Part shown: in pieces, positions 39,120 to 50,030 of the stretch
How positions within the stretch are numbered: the first letter of the stretch is position 1
How the letters are laid out: each line of letters opens with the position of its first letter
Source: Pseudomonadales bacterium
GTDB lineage: Bacteria; Pseudomonadota; Gammaproteobacteria; Pseudomonadales; CAWVSB01
Direction of reading: 5' to 3'
Length of the DNA: 64,000 bases
Assembly: GCA_046710535.1 (NCBI GenBank)
Contig: JBKEHH010000007.1
Coordinates: forward strand, 32,639 to 96,638
The notes under the pieces: generated by a model
Told to the model about the DNA's origin: nothing
Seen by the model: only the letters and a program-made list of their open reading frames with translations
The model's database searches: none
Made by a program: the position numbers and the translations under genes

Positions 39120-40028
39120 ATGACGCTATTAAACTTGCTACGCCCATTAGGGCTGTCGTTGGCATTTTTGCTAACTACGCTGCTGACAGTTAATGCTAAC
39201 AGCGCACATCATGAAGACTCGCCTAGATTCAGTATTACACCTGTTACAGACAACTTATCAATGCTACAAGGTAGAGGCGGTAATTTAGCGCTGTTAACCG
39301 GCGACCAAGGTCTGCTGTTAGTCGATAACGACTACCAAGACATGTCTGTTGCCTTAGAAGCTGCTTTAGCGGGTTACGGTGGGGCTGACAAGCTTACCTA
39401 TATTATTAATACTCATTGGCATGGTGATCACACTGGAGGCAACTTAGCACTGGGGCAATATGCCAATATTGTTGCTCACGACAATGTGCGTAAGCGCCTG
39501 TTAAACGCCCAAGAAATCAAGTTGTTTAAGATGAAGTCTGACCCTTATCCAGAGATTGCGGTTCCTTCCATCACTTATGAAAAAGCTATGTCTTTGCATA
39601 TTAATGGCGAAGAAGTCGAGCTGGTACATTTTGCCGGTGGTCATACCGACGGCGACTCCATAGTGTTTTTCAAAAGTGCCAATGTAGTCCATACCGGTGA
39701 TCATTTCTTTAACGGTTTTTTCCCATTTGTCGATGTCGACAGTGGCGGCAATGTTTTGGTGCTGGCAGAAAATGTTAAGTTGCTGCTTGGCATGATTGAT
39801 GACAATACTAAGATAATTCCTGGCCATGGACCGTTGGCTAACAAAGCCGATTTGATGGCGTTTGCACAAATGCTGGAAGGCACGGCGGCTGAGGTCAAGG
39901 CCATGAAAGATAAGGGTTTGAGTTTAGCTAAAATCCAGCAGCAGGGTTTAAGTGACAACTGGCAGTCGTGGACTGATGGTTTTTTAACTACTGATGTTTG
40001 GATCTCGATCGTCTACAACAGTTTGTAA
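39120..40028 (+). CDS. MBL-fold metallo-hydrolase, exported
   Basis: 302 aa with a signal peptide. HWHGDHTGG (HxHxDH) motif and a downstream GHGP motif. Confidence 0.85.
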   Translation: MTLLNLLRPLGLSLAFLLTTLLTVNANSAHHEDSPRFSITPVTDNLSMLQGRGGNLALLTGDQGLLLVDNDYQDMSVALEAALAGYGGADKLTYIINTHWHGDHTGGNLALGQYANIVAHDNVRKRLLNAQEIKLFKMKSDPYPEIAVPSITYEKAMSLHINGEEVELVHFAGGHTDGDSIVFFKSANVVHTGDHFFNGFFPFVDVDSGGNVLVLAENVKLLLGMIDDNTKIIPGHGPLANKADLMAFAQMLEGTAAEVKAMKDKGLSLAKIQQQGLSDNWQSWTDGFLTTDVWISIVYNSL

Positions 40029-40045
40029 ACTAGCTGAGTTAAAGC

Positions 40046-40076
40046 AAGGCTTAAGGATATCCTTAAGCCTTTTTTA
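40046..40076. terminator. Bidirectional rho-independent terminator between the MBL gene and the P450 gene
   Basis: Perfect palindrome AAGGCTTAAGGATATCCTTAAGCCTT followed by T5. It lies between convergent genes. Confidence 0.7.
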
Positions 40077-40080
40077 TTGT

Positions 40081-41307
40081 TTACTTACAATTAGTTCTTA
40101 AAATCAGTGATTCAAAAGTAATTGAGTTGTGGTCGGTCATATCTCGCTTGGGTTCTTCGGCTAGCTCAATATTAGGAAAGCGTCTATGCAGTTCACCCAG
40201 GGTTAAATAAAGCTGACGTTTAGCTAAGGCAGCACCGATACAGAAGCGGGGGCCGTAACCAAATAACAAATCAGGGTTAAATTTTCTGGTGACATCAAAC
40301 TTTTCAGGCTCAGGAAATATATCAGGGTTTTGACGATCTAAATGCGGCATCAGCAACACCATTTGACCTTTGCGAACCTTGGTCCCCAAAATATCCATAT
40401 CTTCTGGCGCATAACGAGCAAAGCCCATCTTTGAGATAACCCCCCAACGCTGTACTTCTGCAAATGCATTATGAAAGGCATCGGGAGTCGACAATGCTTG
40501 GTCAATTTGATCTTTATTTTTCATAAAGGCAAAAGTAATCCACTGCTGGAATACTAAGGTGGTATCAGCGCCTGCGCCTATTAACGCAAGGATTAGGCAG
40601 ATAACATCCCACTCTTCAAAATTTTCATTTTCGGCTTCTATTTTTAATAGCACGCTCAAAAAGTCATCTTCTTCTGGCGCTAGTCTGCGCTCAGCGATTA
40701 CTTCTTGCAAAATATCAATAGCTTTATTGCTTAGCTCTATAGCTTTTGCTCGTTGTTCTTCCGGAATGGTTGGATTCCATGTTTCAGTAAACTTGATAAT
40801 AACGGGCTTAATGTCGTCCCAGTATTTTTCCGGGATACCGATCATTTTAGTGACTGAGATAAACGGAATATGCTTAGCGATTTCCGTCACATAATCGAAA
40901 GTTTCAGGTTCACCCAAATTATCAAATAATTTAATTACCTCGGGCTCTATACTGCGTTGAATTTGGTCGACGACGTTGCGCGAAAAAGCTGGCGAGGTGA
41001 TTTTTCGAATGAGGCGATGATGGTCATGATCGGCCAGCAAACTATGTCCGATTAGCGCTTTTTCAAAATTCCCCCATTCGGCTTCGGGTGGGCGTGGCGG
41101 GGCAAATTCCCAATCAAAAAAGTCTGACGATAAATATTCTTTTTTCCAGCAATCCATAATGTCTGGAGTTTGCGTCATTATCCAAGCTTGCCATGGTTCA
41201 TACCATACCAAATCACCGCGTGCAGCTAATGCCAGGCATTGTGGGCCTGGGTCATAACAGTACTCCTCAGAGTTCGGATTAAAGATTTCGGCGATATCTA
41301 CTGTCAT
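40081..41307 (-). CDS. Cytochrome P450
   Basis: 408 aa. Haem-thiolate loop FGYGPRFCIGAALA (FxxGxRxCxG), an I-helix GAGADTT-like motif and an E..R motif. Confidence 0.9.
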   Translation of the reverse strand: MTVDIAEIFNPNSEEYCYDPGPQCLALAARGDLVWYEPWQAWIMTQTPDIMDCWKKEYLSSDFFDWEFAPPRPPEAEWGNFEKALIGHSLLADHDHHRLIRKITSPAFSRNVVDQIQRSIEPEVIKLFDNLGEPETFDYVTEIAKHIPFISVTKMIGIPEKYWDDIKPVIIKFTETWNPTIPEEQRAKAIELSNKAIDILQEVIAERRLAPEEDDFLSVLLKIEAENENFEEWDVICLILALIGAGADTTLVFQQWITFAFMKNKDQIDQALSTPDAFHNAFAEVQRWGVISKMGFARYAPEDMDILGTKVRKGQMVLLMPHLDRQNPDIFPEPEKFDVTRKFNPDLLFGYGPRFCIGAALAKRQLYLTLGELHRRFPNIELAEEPKRDMTDHNSITFESLILRTNCK

Positions 41308-41388
41308 GGTCTGTCTCTACATATGTGGTTATATATAAAGCTATTATGAAGACTAATAGGGTATTAATAACAGTGAACGTGCTGTAAT

Positions 41389-43119
41389 TTATTGAGGATC
41401 AGTGGTGCGGCGGCCTTCATAGCCTTCTTCGCCTCCACCGACGTACATTTGAATCCTATTGCCGCCGTTTTTTATCGCCCGATACATCGCTTGATCGGCC
41501 GATTCTAGCAGCTGATTATGATCAGTTATTCGATTGCTTCTGTCGTTGTTGTTATAGCATGCGATACCAATACTGAGAGTTGTCGTAGAGTTGTCTTTAA
41601 TAGATATACGTATTCTCTCAGCGATTATCTTCGCACTTTCTGCTGGGGTGTTAGGTAGTATTACGGCTAATTCATCCTGATTGAATCTTGCAGCAACATG
41701 AGTTTTCCTCAAAATTTTTTCGATTCGGTAGGCGACATTTTTCATCAGTCGATTGTTGCCAAAGCCAGAAGATGATTGAGCGGGGTCGCTTAGCTGGTCA
41801 ATATTTATTAGTAATAAACACAAGCTATGTTGTTGATGAAATGCGATTTCAAATTCAGTTTCCATCCGTTCAAAAAAATAGACACGGTTAAATAGCTGGG
41901 TGATAGGGTCGATATATTTGTAACGATTATCCTGTTGAACGTTAATGCTGAGTGTTAATGAAAATAGTATTAGCCCTATTAACAACGCAATCGGGAATGC
42001 CTCTCGCGTAAAGACAGTATTATCAATAATTCCCTCATTACGAAGTGCACCAATTAAAAAACCGATGATAATTACACTCATTGCAGCGACATAAAATTTG
42101 GCAGATTTTTCGCCTGAGGATAGGGCTATGCCGCCTAGTGCTAGGAGATACAGCATGCATAGCAATGAAGCTAGCCAACTAATAAGTAACAATACACCAT
42201 GGTCTAATATAGGAATTATCAATATTAGTAGCACAACGGCCCAAATTAAATAACGGGCTATATTGTCGGCTGCAGGCGCAATAAAGTTTAATGATAATAT
42301 TCTGCGAGAGAACTGTATCCAGAATATCTGGGTCAAAAATATGCCCAATAATAAAATATTATTAGCAGTATCAGGGTTATTTGGCCAAATATATTTGAAA
42401 CTCAAACCAGAGGTAACTAATGTGCACAGTCCAGTGCTAACTAGATAACAAAGATAGTAGCCAGTGACTGAGCTAGGTGTACCCCAAAGACGAAACAAGT
42501 TATAAATCAATAAGGTGAAAATTCCACCAAAGAAAAGGCCTGAAAAAGTTTTAATTTCACTAATTTTATGCAGTAAAGAAGGCTCATTGTTGATGCCAAA
42601 ATCAATGACGGTTTGACCTTTGGTCGCCACTCTAAATAATAGTGTTTTACTACTATTTGCGGCAAGATCTAATGGAAAAATAGGTTGAATGAAGTCCAGT
42701 GGGCGTTGTTTGAAAGCAATGCGATCACCGCTAGTCAATCGGTCCCAGTTGATGTCACTAGAACTATAAAAATCGATGTAGTCGGCAGTACTATCATCAT
42801 GTCTAATAAAATAACGCCGCTGGCTATCACTGCTATTTTTAACAGTGGCTCTTAACCAAATCGCCGATTCTGTAAAGCCTAGGCTAGGCTGTGCTGGTGC
42901 GGGTCTAAATTCGCTACTAATGTTCGGGCTGATAACGTCATGAACGTTTAGCTTATTAGTCTTATCCACATACATGGTAAAATAATTCAGTAGCGATATT
43001 TCATCAATAATAGTCTCGCCATCCAGTGCATTATTGGCGTGGGCCTGACTCACCATCGCTAATATAATTAGCGCTGTAGCTGCTAGTGTTCGAGAGATTG
43101 TTTTTTCTATTAAAGTCAT
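41389..43119 (-). CDS. 7TMR-DISM sensor (extracellular DISMED2 plus 7TM) with a C-terminal degenerate GGDEF domain
   Basis: 576 aa with a signal peptide, a periplasmic domain and about 7 TM helices. The C-terminal GGDEF-fold region has NQDEL in place of GGDEF (AARFNQDELAVILPN). Confidence 0.8.
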   Translation of the reverse strand: MTLIEKTISRTLAATALIILAMVSQAHANNALDGETIIDEISLLNYFTMYVDKTNKLNVHDVISPNISSEFRPAPAQPSLGFTESAIWLRATVKNSSDSQRRYFIRHDDSTADYIDFYSSSDINWDRLTSGDRIAFKQRPLDFIQPIFPLDLAANSSKTLLFRVATKGQTVIDFGINNEPSLLHKISEIKTFSGLFFGGIFTLLIYNLFRLWGTPSSVTGYYLCYLVSTGLCTLVTSGLSFKYIWPNNPDTANNILLLGIFLTQIFWIQFSRRILSLNFIAPAADNIARYLIWAVVLLILIIPILDHGVLLLISWLASLLCMLYLLALGGIALSSGEKSAKFYVAAMSVIIIGFLIGALRNEGIIDNTVFTREAFPIALLIGLILFSLTLSINVQQDNRYKYIDPITQLFNRVYFFERMETEFEIAFHQQHSLCLLLINIDQLSDPAQSSSGFGNNRLMKNVAYRIEKILRKTHVAARFNQDELAVILPNTPAESAKIIAERIRISIKDNSTTTLSIGIACYNNNDRSNRITDHNQLLESADQAMYRAIKNGGNRIQMYVGGGEEGYEGRRTTDPQ

Positions 43120-43229
43120 AAACTATTGGATTTCATTATAATCAATCATCTAAGCTTATAGCAGCTAGCGTATAAGTTGTATTTAAATAATTCCTTAACA
43201 TTTGTCGGTATAATAATCGGCTTATTGGT

Positions 43230-45068
43230 ATGAGTAATAACATGTTTAAGTTCTTTGAAAATTTAGTCGACCCGTTTCCGCTAAAGCACCCTGAGCAACC
43301 CCCGTTAGGCTTGTTTAAATTCTGCCGTTACTATACCAAAGGTTTAGAGCCTTATCTGATTGCAATGGCAGTACTAACTGTTATTACAGCAGTAGGTGAG
43401 GCTATGTTATATGCGGTGTTAGGGCAGGTGGTAGATTGGCTAGCCAGTCAAAGTCCAGAACACTTTTTTGCCGAACAATGGCCATTATTACTGGGCATTT
43501 CTCTCTATGTGTTAATTTTTATCCCGATTACTGTTTTATTGCATGCCTTAATTATTAATCAAACACTGATGGGAAACTTTCCCATGTCAGTTCGATGGAT
43601 GGCGCATCGTTATTTACTCAGTCAAAGTTTTTCTTTTTTTCAAAATGAATTTAGTGGTCGTATTGCAACCAAGGTCATGCAAACAGCATTGGCAGTGCGC
43701 GATTCGGTAATGAAGATATTAGATGTGATGTTATTTGTAGTCGTCTATATGGTGACTACGGTGCTATTGGTTGCCAGCTCAGATTGGCGCTTAAGTGTGC
43801 CAATAATTATTTGGCTAGTGCTATACATATCAATATTGCGATACTTTGTTCCTAGACTGCGAGATATATCTACTCTGCAAGCAGACTCACGCTCGTTAAT
43901 GACCGGGCGTATTGTTGATAGCTATACCAATATAGTTACCCTCAAATTGTTTTCTCGGATAAATCGCGAGTCAGAGTATGTAAAAGAAGGGATGACTGGG
44001 TTTTTACAAACCGTACATCCACAGATGCGCTTAGCCACCATGCTGGAGTTTTGTGTGTGGATTTTGAATATGTCATTGATATTCTTTACTGGCTTGCTGG
44101 GCATTTTACTCTGGCAAAATTCAGCGATAACTCCCGGTGCTATTGCTATTGCTATGGCTATAGCGATTAGGCTTGCGGGCATGTCTCACTGGATTATGTG
44201 GGAGGTAAGTAACTTATTCGAAAATATCGGCACCGTACAAGATGGTATGAATACCTTGTCACTCTCTCAATCGATTACTGATAAGCCTGATGCTAAACCA
44301 CTACAAGTTAGCCATGGTGAGATTAATTTTGACCAGGTAGATTTTGCCTATGGTAATAGTGACTTGGTGTTCGAAGATTTGTCAGTAGTGATCAAAGCTA
44401 GTGAAAAAATTGGTATTGTTGGGCGCCCAGGTGCGGGTAAATCCACCTTAGTTAATGTTCTGTTACGGTTTTATGATGTGCAAAGTGGTTGCGTTTTAAT
44501 TGACGGTCAAGATATTCGTGATGTTAGCCAGCAAAGTTTACGAGCTAATATTGCCATGGTGACTCAAGACACCTCACTGCTATTTCGCAGCGTACGTGAA
44601 AACATTATGTTCGGTAGGCCTGAAGCCACTGAAGCAGAAATGATTGCGTGTGCTAAGCAAGCGAAAGCCTATGAGTTTATTCAAACTTTAACTGATATTA
44701 ATGGCCGTAAAGGCTTTGATGCGCATGTTGGCGAGCGCGGGGTCAATCTGTCTGGTGGCCAGCGTCAACGTATCGCTATTGCCCGTGTGCTGCTTAAAAA
44801 TGCCCCAATATTGGTTTTAGACGAGGCAACTTCGGCGCTGGATTCAGAAGTAGAAGTGTTAATACAGCAAAGCTTATATGAGTTGATGGAAGGTAAAACA
44901 GTTATCGCTATTGCCCACCGGTTATCAACCATTGCTGCTATGGACAGGCTGCTGGTATTTGATGAAGGTAAAATTGTAGAGCAGGGTAGCCATCAACAGC
45001 TGCTGCTTAACAACGGCTTGTATGCCCAGTTGTGGCAGCATCAGTCAGGTGGTTTTCTTGGCGAGTAG
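43230..45068 (+). CDS. ABC transporter, fused permease/ATP-binding protein (exporter type)
   Basis: 612 aa. N-terminal 6-TM domain. Walker A GRPGAGKST, signature LSGGQRQRIAIAR, Walker B ILVLDEATSALD. Confidence 0.9.
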   Translation: MSNNMFKFFENLVDPFPLKHPEQPPLGLFKFCRYYTKGLEPYLIAMAVLTVITAVGEAMLYAVLGQVVDWLASQSPEHFFAEQWPLLLGISLYVLIFIPITVLLHALIINQTLMGNFPMSVRWMAHRYLLSQSFSFFQNEFSGRIATKVMQTALAVRDSVMKILDVMLFVVVYMVTTVLLVASSDWRLSVPIIIWLVLYISILRYFVPRLRDISTLQADSRSLMTGRIVDSYTNIVTLKLFSRINRESEYVKEGMTGFLQTVHPQMRLATMLEFCVWILNMSLIFFTGLLGILLWQNSAITPGAIAIAMAIAIRLAGMSHWIMWEVSNLFENIGTVQDGMNTLSLSQSITDKPDAKPLQVSHGEINFDQVDFAYGNSDLVFEDLSVVIKASEKIGIVGRPGAGKSTLVNVLLRFYDVQSGCVLIDGQDIRDVSQQSLRANIAMVTQDTSLLFRSVRENIMFGRPEATEAEMIACAKQAKAYEFIQTLTDINGRKGFDAHVGERGVNLSGGQRQRIAIARVLLKNAPILVLDEATSALDSEVEVLIQQSLYELMEGKTVIAIAHRLSTIAAMDRLLVFDEGKIVEQGSHQQLLLNNGLYAQLWQHQSGGFLGE

Positions 45069-45151
45069 AAAAGCTATTACTTTGCAGATAGTGGCACGAC
45101 AGTTTTGGGCTGCTACATTTGTGTTCAAATATTTATCCTAAAGAGCTAGTT

Positions 45152-45952
45152 ATGTCGCAAACAAAATTTGATCAAGATACAGCCATAAGCCAAGTTAGTG
45201 AATTGGTGTGGCAAGCCGAGCTCGATGCTGGTTGGTGTGTTGGGCCGGTACCAAACGGCGGTTATGTTCTTGCAATTGGTGCCAGAGTATTGAGTGCCGC
45301 ATTGCCCCATAAAGATCCTCTGACAACCAGTGCTTACTATTTTGCACCCACTCATGCCGGGCCAATTAAATGTCAGATGGAAGTTATTAAGCAGAGCGGC
45401 TCTACCGCATTCGGTATGGTACGTATGTATCAAGATGATGAGTTAAAAGTACAAATAACCGCTTCGTTTACGACTCTTGCTCAAATGAGAGGTGAAAGTC
45501 TACAGCTCGACCCCGCTCCGCCAGTGGCAAAATTAGTAGATTGTGTAAGAGTGCCATCGGCTGATTTTATCCAGATTGGCAAGCAAACCATCCAAATGAT
45601 TGAGCCCGGTATGGAGCAAGCGTTTGTAGGTAAACCCACCGGTGAAGGCGAGTTTGCTGGTTGGGTCAGCTTACCCGATACAGACGAAGCTGATTTGTTT
45701 GCCTTACTAATGTTTAGTGATGCCATGCCACCACCGGTATTTAATATTTTTGGTGCTTTAGCATAGGTGCCAACCATAGAATTAAATGTTCAAATTAGAG
45801 CTATGCCAGCGCCTGGGCCAATCCAGTTTAAATTCAGTAGTCGTAATTTAACCAACGGTCTAACTGAAGAAAACGGTTGGTTATGGGATAGCACCGGTAA
45901 GCTAGTGGCGATGAGCCGACAAACAGCAAAATTTAGAGTTGCCAAACAATAG
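45152..45952 (+). pseudogene. Acyl-CoA thioesterase-like (double hotdog, 4HBT_3-type) gene interrupted by an in-frame TAG (45764..45766)
   Basis: Track ORFs 45119..45766 and 45767..45952 abut in the same frame: ...PPPVFNIFGALA*VPTIELNVQIRAMPAPGPIQFKF...WLWDSTGKLVAMSRQTA. Together they make one thioesterase-length protein. Confidence 0.7.
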
Positions 45953-45985
45953 TATGGAACCAATTAACAAACGATCAATCCTAGG

Positions 45986-46021
45986 TAAAGATAATTAAAT
46001 AGCTAAAGATAGTTAAATAGG
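45986..46021 (+). repeat. 18-bp tandem duplication immediately upstream of the msrA start
   Basis: TAAAGATAATTAAATAGC / TAAAGATAGTTAAATAGG, with 2 mismatches (one is the last base). It ends 6 nt before ATG 46028. Confidence 0.7.
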
Positions 46022-46027
46022 TGATGT

Positions 46028-46609
46028 ATGAATAACATTATAAAAGTATTAGCTGTTATTATTTCAATGTCAGCGGTGAGCTATTCTCATGCTGATAAAG
46101 CAGTCTTTGCCGGCGGCTGCTTTTGGTGCGTTGAAGCGGCTTATCAAGATGTAGACGGTGTAACCGATGCAGTCTCTGGTTTTATTGGCGGAACATTAAA
46201 AAATCCTACATATAGCGGCAATCATAAAGGCCACTACGAGGCGGTGGAAATTACCTTTGATCCAGCAATTATTAGCTATCAACAGTTACTTGATCTGTTC
46301 TGGGTTAATGTCGATCCGTTTGATGACCGTGGTCAGTTTTGCGATAAAGGTTTTAGTTATCTTAGTGCTATATTTGTAGTAGATGAGGCTCAGCAACAGC
46401 TAGCTACTGCCAGTCGCGCCAAAGTCGTCGGGAAATTTCCCGGCCAAAGGGTTATTACACTAATTTTACCTGCCAATAAATTTTGGCCGGTTGAAGAATA
46501 TCATCAGGATTACTACTTAAAGAATCCGCTGCGCTACAAATACTACCGTTATGGTTGTGGCCGCGACGCGCGCCTTAAAGATATTTGGGGTGATGCGGCA
46601 AAACACTAG
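46028..46609 (+). CDS. msrA: Peptide-methionine (S)-S-oxide reductase with an N-terminal signal peptide
   Basis: 193 aa. GGCFWCVEA active-site motif. Preceded by a cleavable-looking leader MNNIIKVLAVIISMSAVSYSHA. Confidence 0.9.
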   Translation: MNNIIKVLAVIISMSAVSYSHADKAVFAGGCFWCVEAAYQDVDGVTDAVSGFIGGTLKNPTYSGNHKGHYEAVEITFDPAIISYQQLLDLFWVNVDPFDDRGQFCDKGFSYLSAIFVVDEAQQQLATASRAKVVGKFPGQRVITLILPANKFWPVEEYHQDYYLKNPLRYKYYRYGCGRDARLKDIWGDAAKH

Positions 46610-46640
46610 TGTTGTCGTTAATCAATAAATGGAGAACAAG

Positions 46641-46928
46641 ATGAAGTATTTACTATTAACCGCGCTGCTGTTGCCGCTCAATAGCTATGCCTCGGATATA
46701 GATTGCGAACAAAAAACTGCCGAGCTAGTGGCTAGCCTTGTCGCGGTCAATCTGACTAAAGGCAGTGATGACGCGATTGCCAAAGAAGCTGTTAAGTTTT
46801 GCCAATCTATAGTTAACCACACAGATAAAGTACGAGCAGAAGAGGCCAATTCGGAATTTACCGAATGGTTAATTAATGGGGAAGTTGCAGACAAGCCAGG
46901 TAATAAAAGGCTGAAGCGACTTAAGTAA
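46641..46928 (+). CDS. Hypothetical small secreted protein
   Basis: 95 aa from ATG 46641 (GGAGA upstream). Signal peptide MKYLLLTALLLPLNSYA. No family recognised. Confidence 0.5.
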   Translation: MKYLLLTALLLPLNSYASDIDCEQKTAELVASLVAVNLTKGSDDAIAKEAVKFCQSIVNHTDKVRAEEANSEFTEWLINGEVADKPGNKRLKRLK

Positions 46929-46930
46929 TT

Positions 46931-47554
46931 CTAATTGCTATATCTTGGTATTAGTAATTTAGTCGCCGTATCCAACATTGCATCAATTGCGGTTTTATCT
47001 ACGTAAATCCCGTCAATAACTAAGCGACTCATACCGTGAAATGTACTCCAGCTAAGCTGAGCGATTCTTAATGGCGTGACGCCATCAGGTAGCTCAATAT
47101 TTTCACAAAGGGCTGTTACTGTCTCGGTATAGCCGCGAAAACTACTGTAGGCATTTTCCTTTAGACTTTCGCTAATCTTACTCGATTTCCAAATACGACT
47201 AGAAAACATCAAGTCGTAATACTCAGAATTGTCAATTGCAAAATTGACGTAAACCCTTAGTTGCCTTTGCATGTGGCCATGTAAATCGTCAGTATCCTCT
47301 CGCTGTCTAAATAGTAAATCAAATCGTTTAAAGCCTTCCTCAGCGATAGCGCAGAGTAAATCTTGTTTATCGCCAAAATGGTGGTAGGGGGCGGTACGAG
47401 AAACTCCTGTGTTAGTGGCAAGTTTGCGCATAGACAGCGCATCTTCGCCTTCCTCACGGATAATTTTTACTGCAGCAATAATCAATACTTCACGTAAATC
47501 ACCATGATGATAGGCTTTTTTTGGATGTTTTAGCTGGCCTTTACTTGTTCTCAT
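46931..47554 (-). CDS. TetR family transcriptional regulator (divergent from fadH)
   Basis: HTH LSMRKLATNTGVSRTAPYHHFGDKQDLL. The track start is TTG 47590. ATG 47554 (MRTSKGQ...) is more plausible. Confidence 0.85.
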   Translation of the reverse strand: MRTSKGQLKHPKKAYHHGDLREVLIIAAVKIIREEGEDALSMRKLATNTGVSRTAPYHHFGDKQDLLCAIAEEGFKRFDLLFRQREDTDDLHGHMQRQLRVYVNFAIDNSEYYDLMFSSRIWKSSKISESLKENAYSSFRGYTETVTALCENIELPDGVTPLRIAQLSWSTFHGMSRLVIDGIYVDKTAIDAMLDTATKLLIPRYSN

Positions 47555-47574
47555 GGAATGGAATGTAGCAGCCA

Positions 47575-47630
47575 AACTTGACACCGTCAAAATTATCGAC
47601 TAATTTGTTTGGTCAGAACTTGACGCCGTC
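47575..47630. promoter_or_regulatory. Two copies of AACTTGAC(A/G)CCGTC spaced 42 bp apart in the TetR-fadH intergenic region (candidate operator sites)
   Basis: Read directly: 47575..47588 AACTTGACACCGTC (part of TTGACaccGTCAA, 5-bp inverted arms) and 47617..47630 AACTTGACGCCGTC. Confidence 0.3.
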
Positions 47631-47908
47631 TAGTTGCTTGCAGTTTTTTCAAAGTTATAAACAAATAAGCCATGGTTATTGAATAACACTATTACGTAGT
47701 AAAAAAATAAAGATAAGCAATTATTGGCCTAAACTCTGGCTCAGAGCGTAAAGTTTGGTTGATTTGCGATATCAAAATTAAAGCGGGGTTATGCGGTTAC
47801 CCATTTAATAGCATGCAAAGAATACTGAAACTAATGACAGCTGAATTGGGAAAAAACGGCTTTTTCTCCACAAAATACAATTTTCTTATATTGATTCTTA
47901 ATAAATAA

Positions 47909-49948
<2,040 letters not shown>

Positions 49949-49976
49949 CGGGTATAGTAATAAGTAAGATTTAAAA

Positions 49977-50002
49977 AGCCTAGCTTGTGCTGGGCTTTTT
50001 TG
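49977..50002 (+). terminator. Rho-independent terminator after fadH
   Basis: AGCCTAGC-TTGT-GCTGGGCT (one G-U pair) followed by T6. Confidence 0.65.
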
Positions 50003-50030
50003 TGTCTGCTTAGTTGTCCAACAGCTTTAA

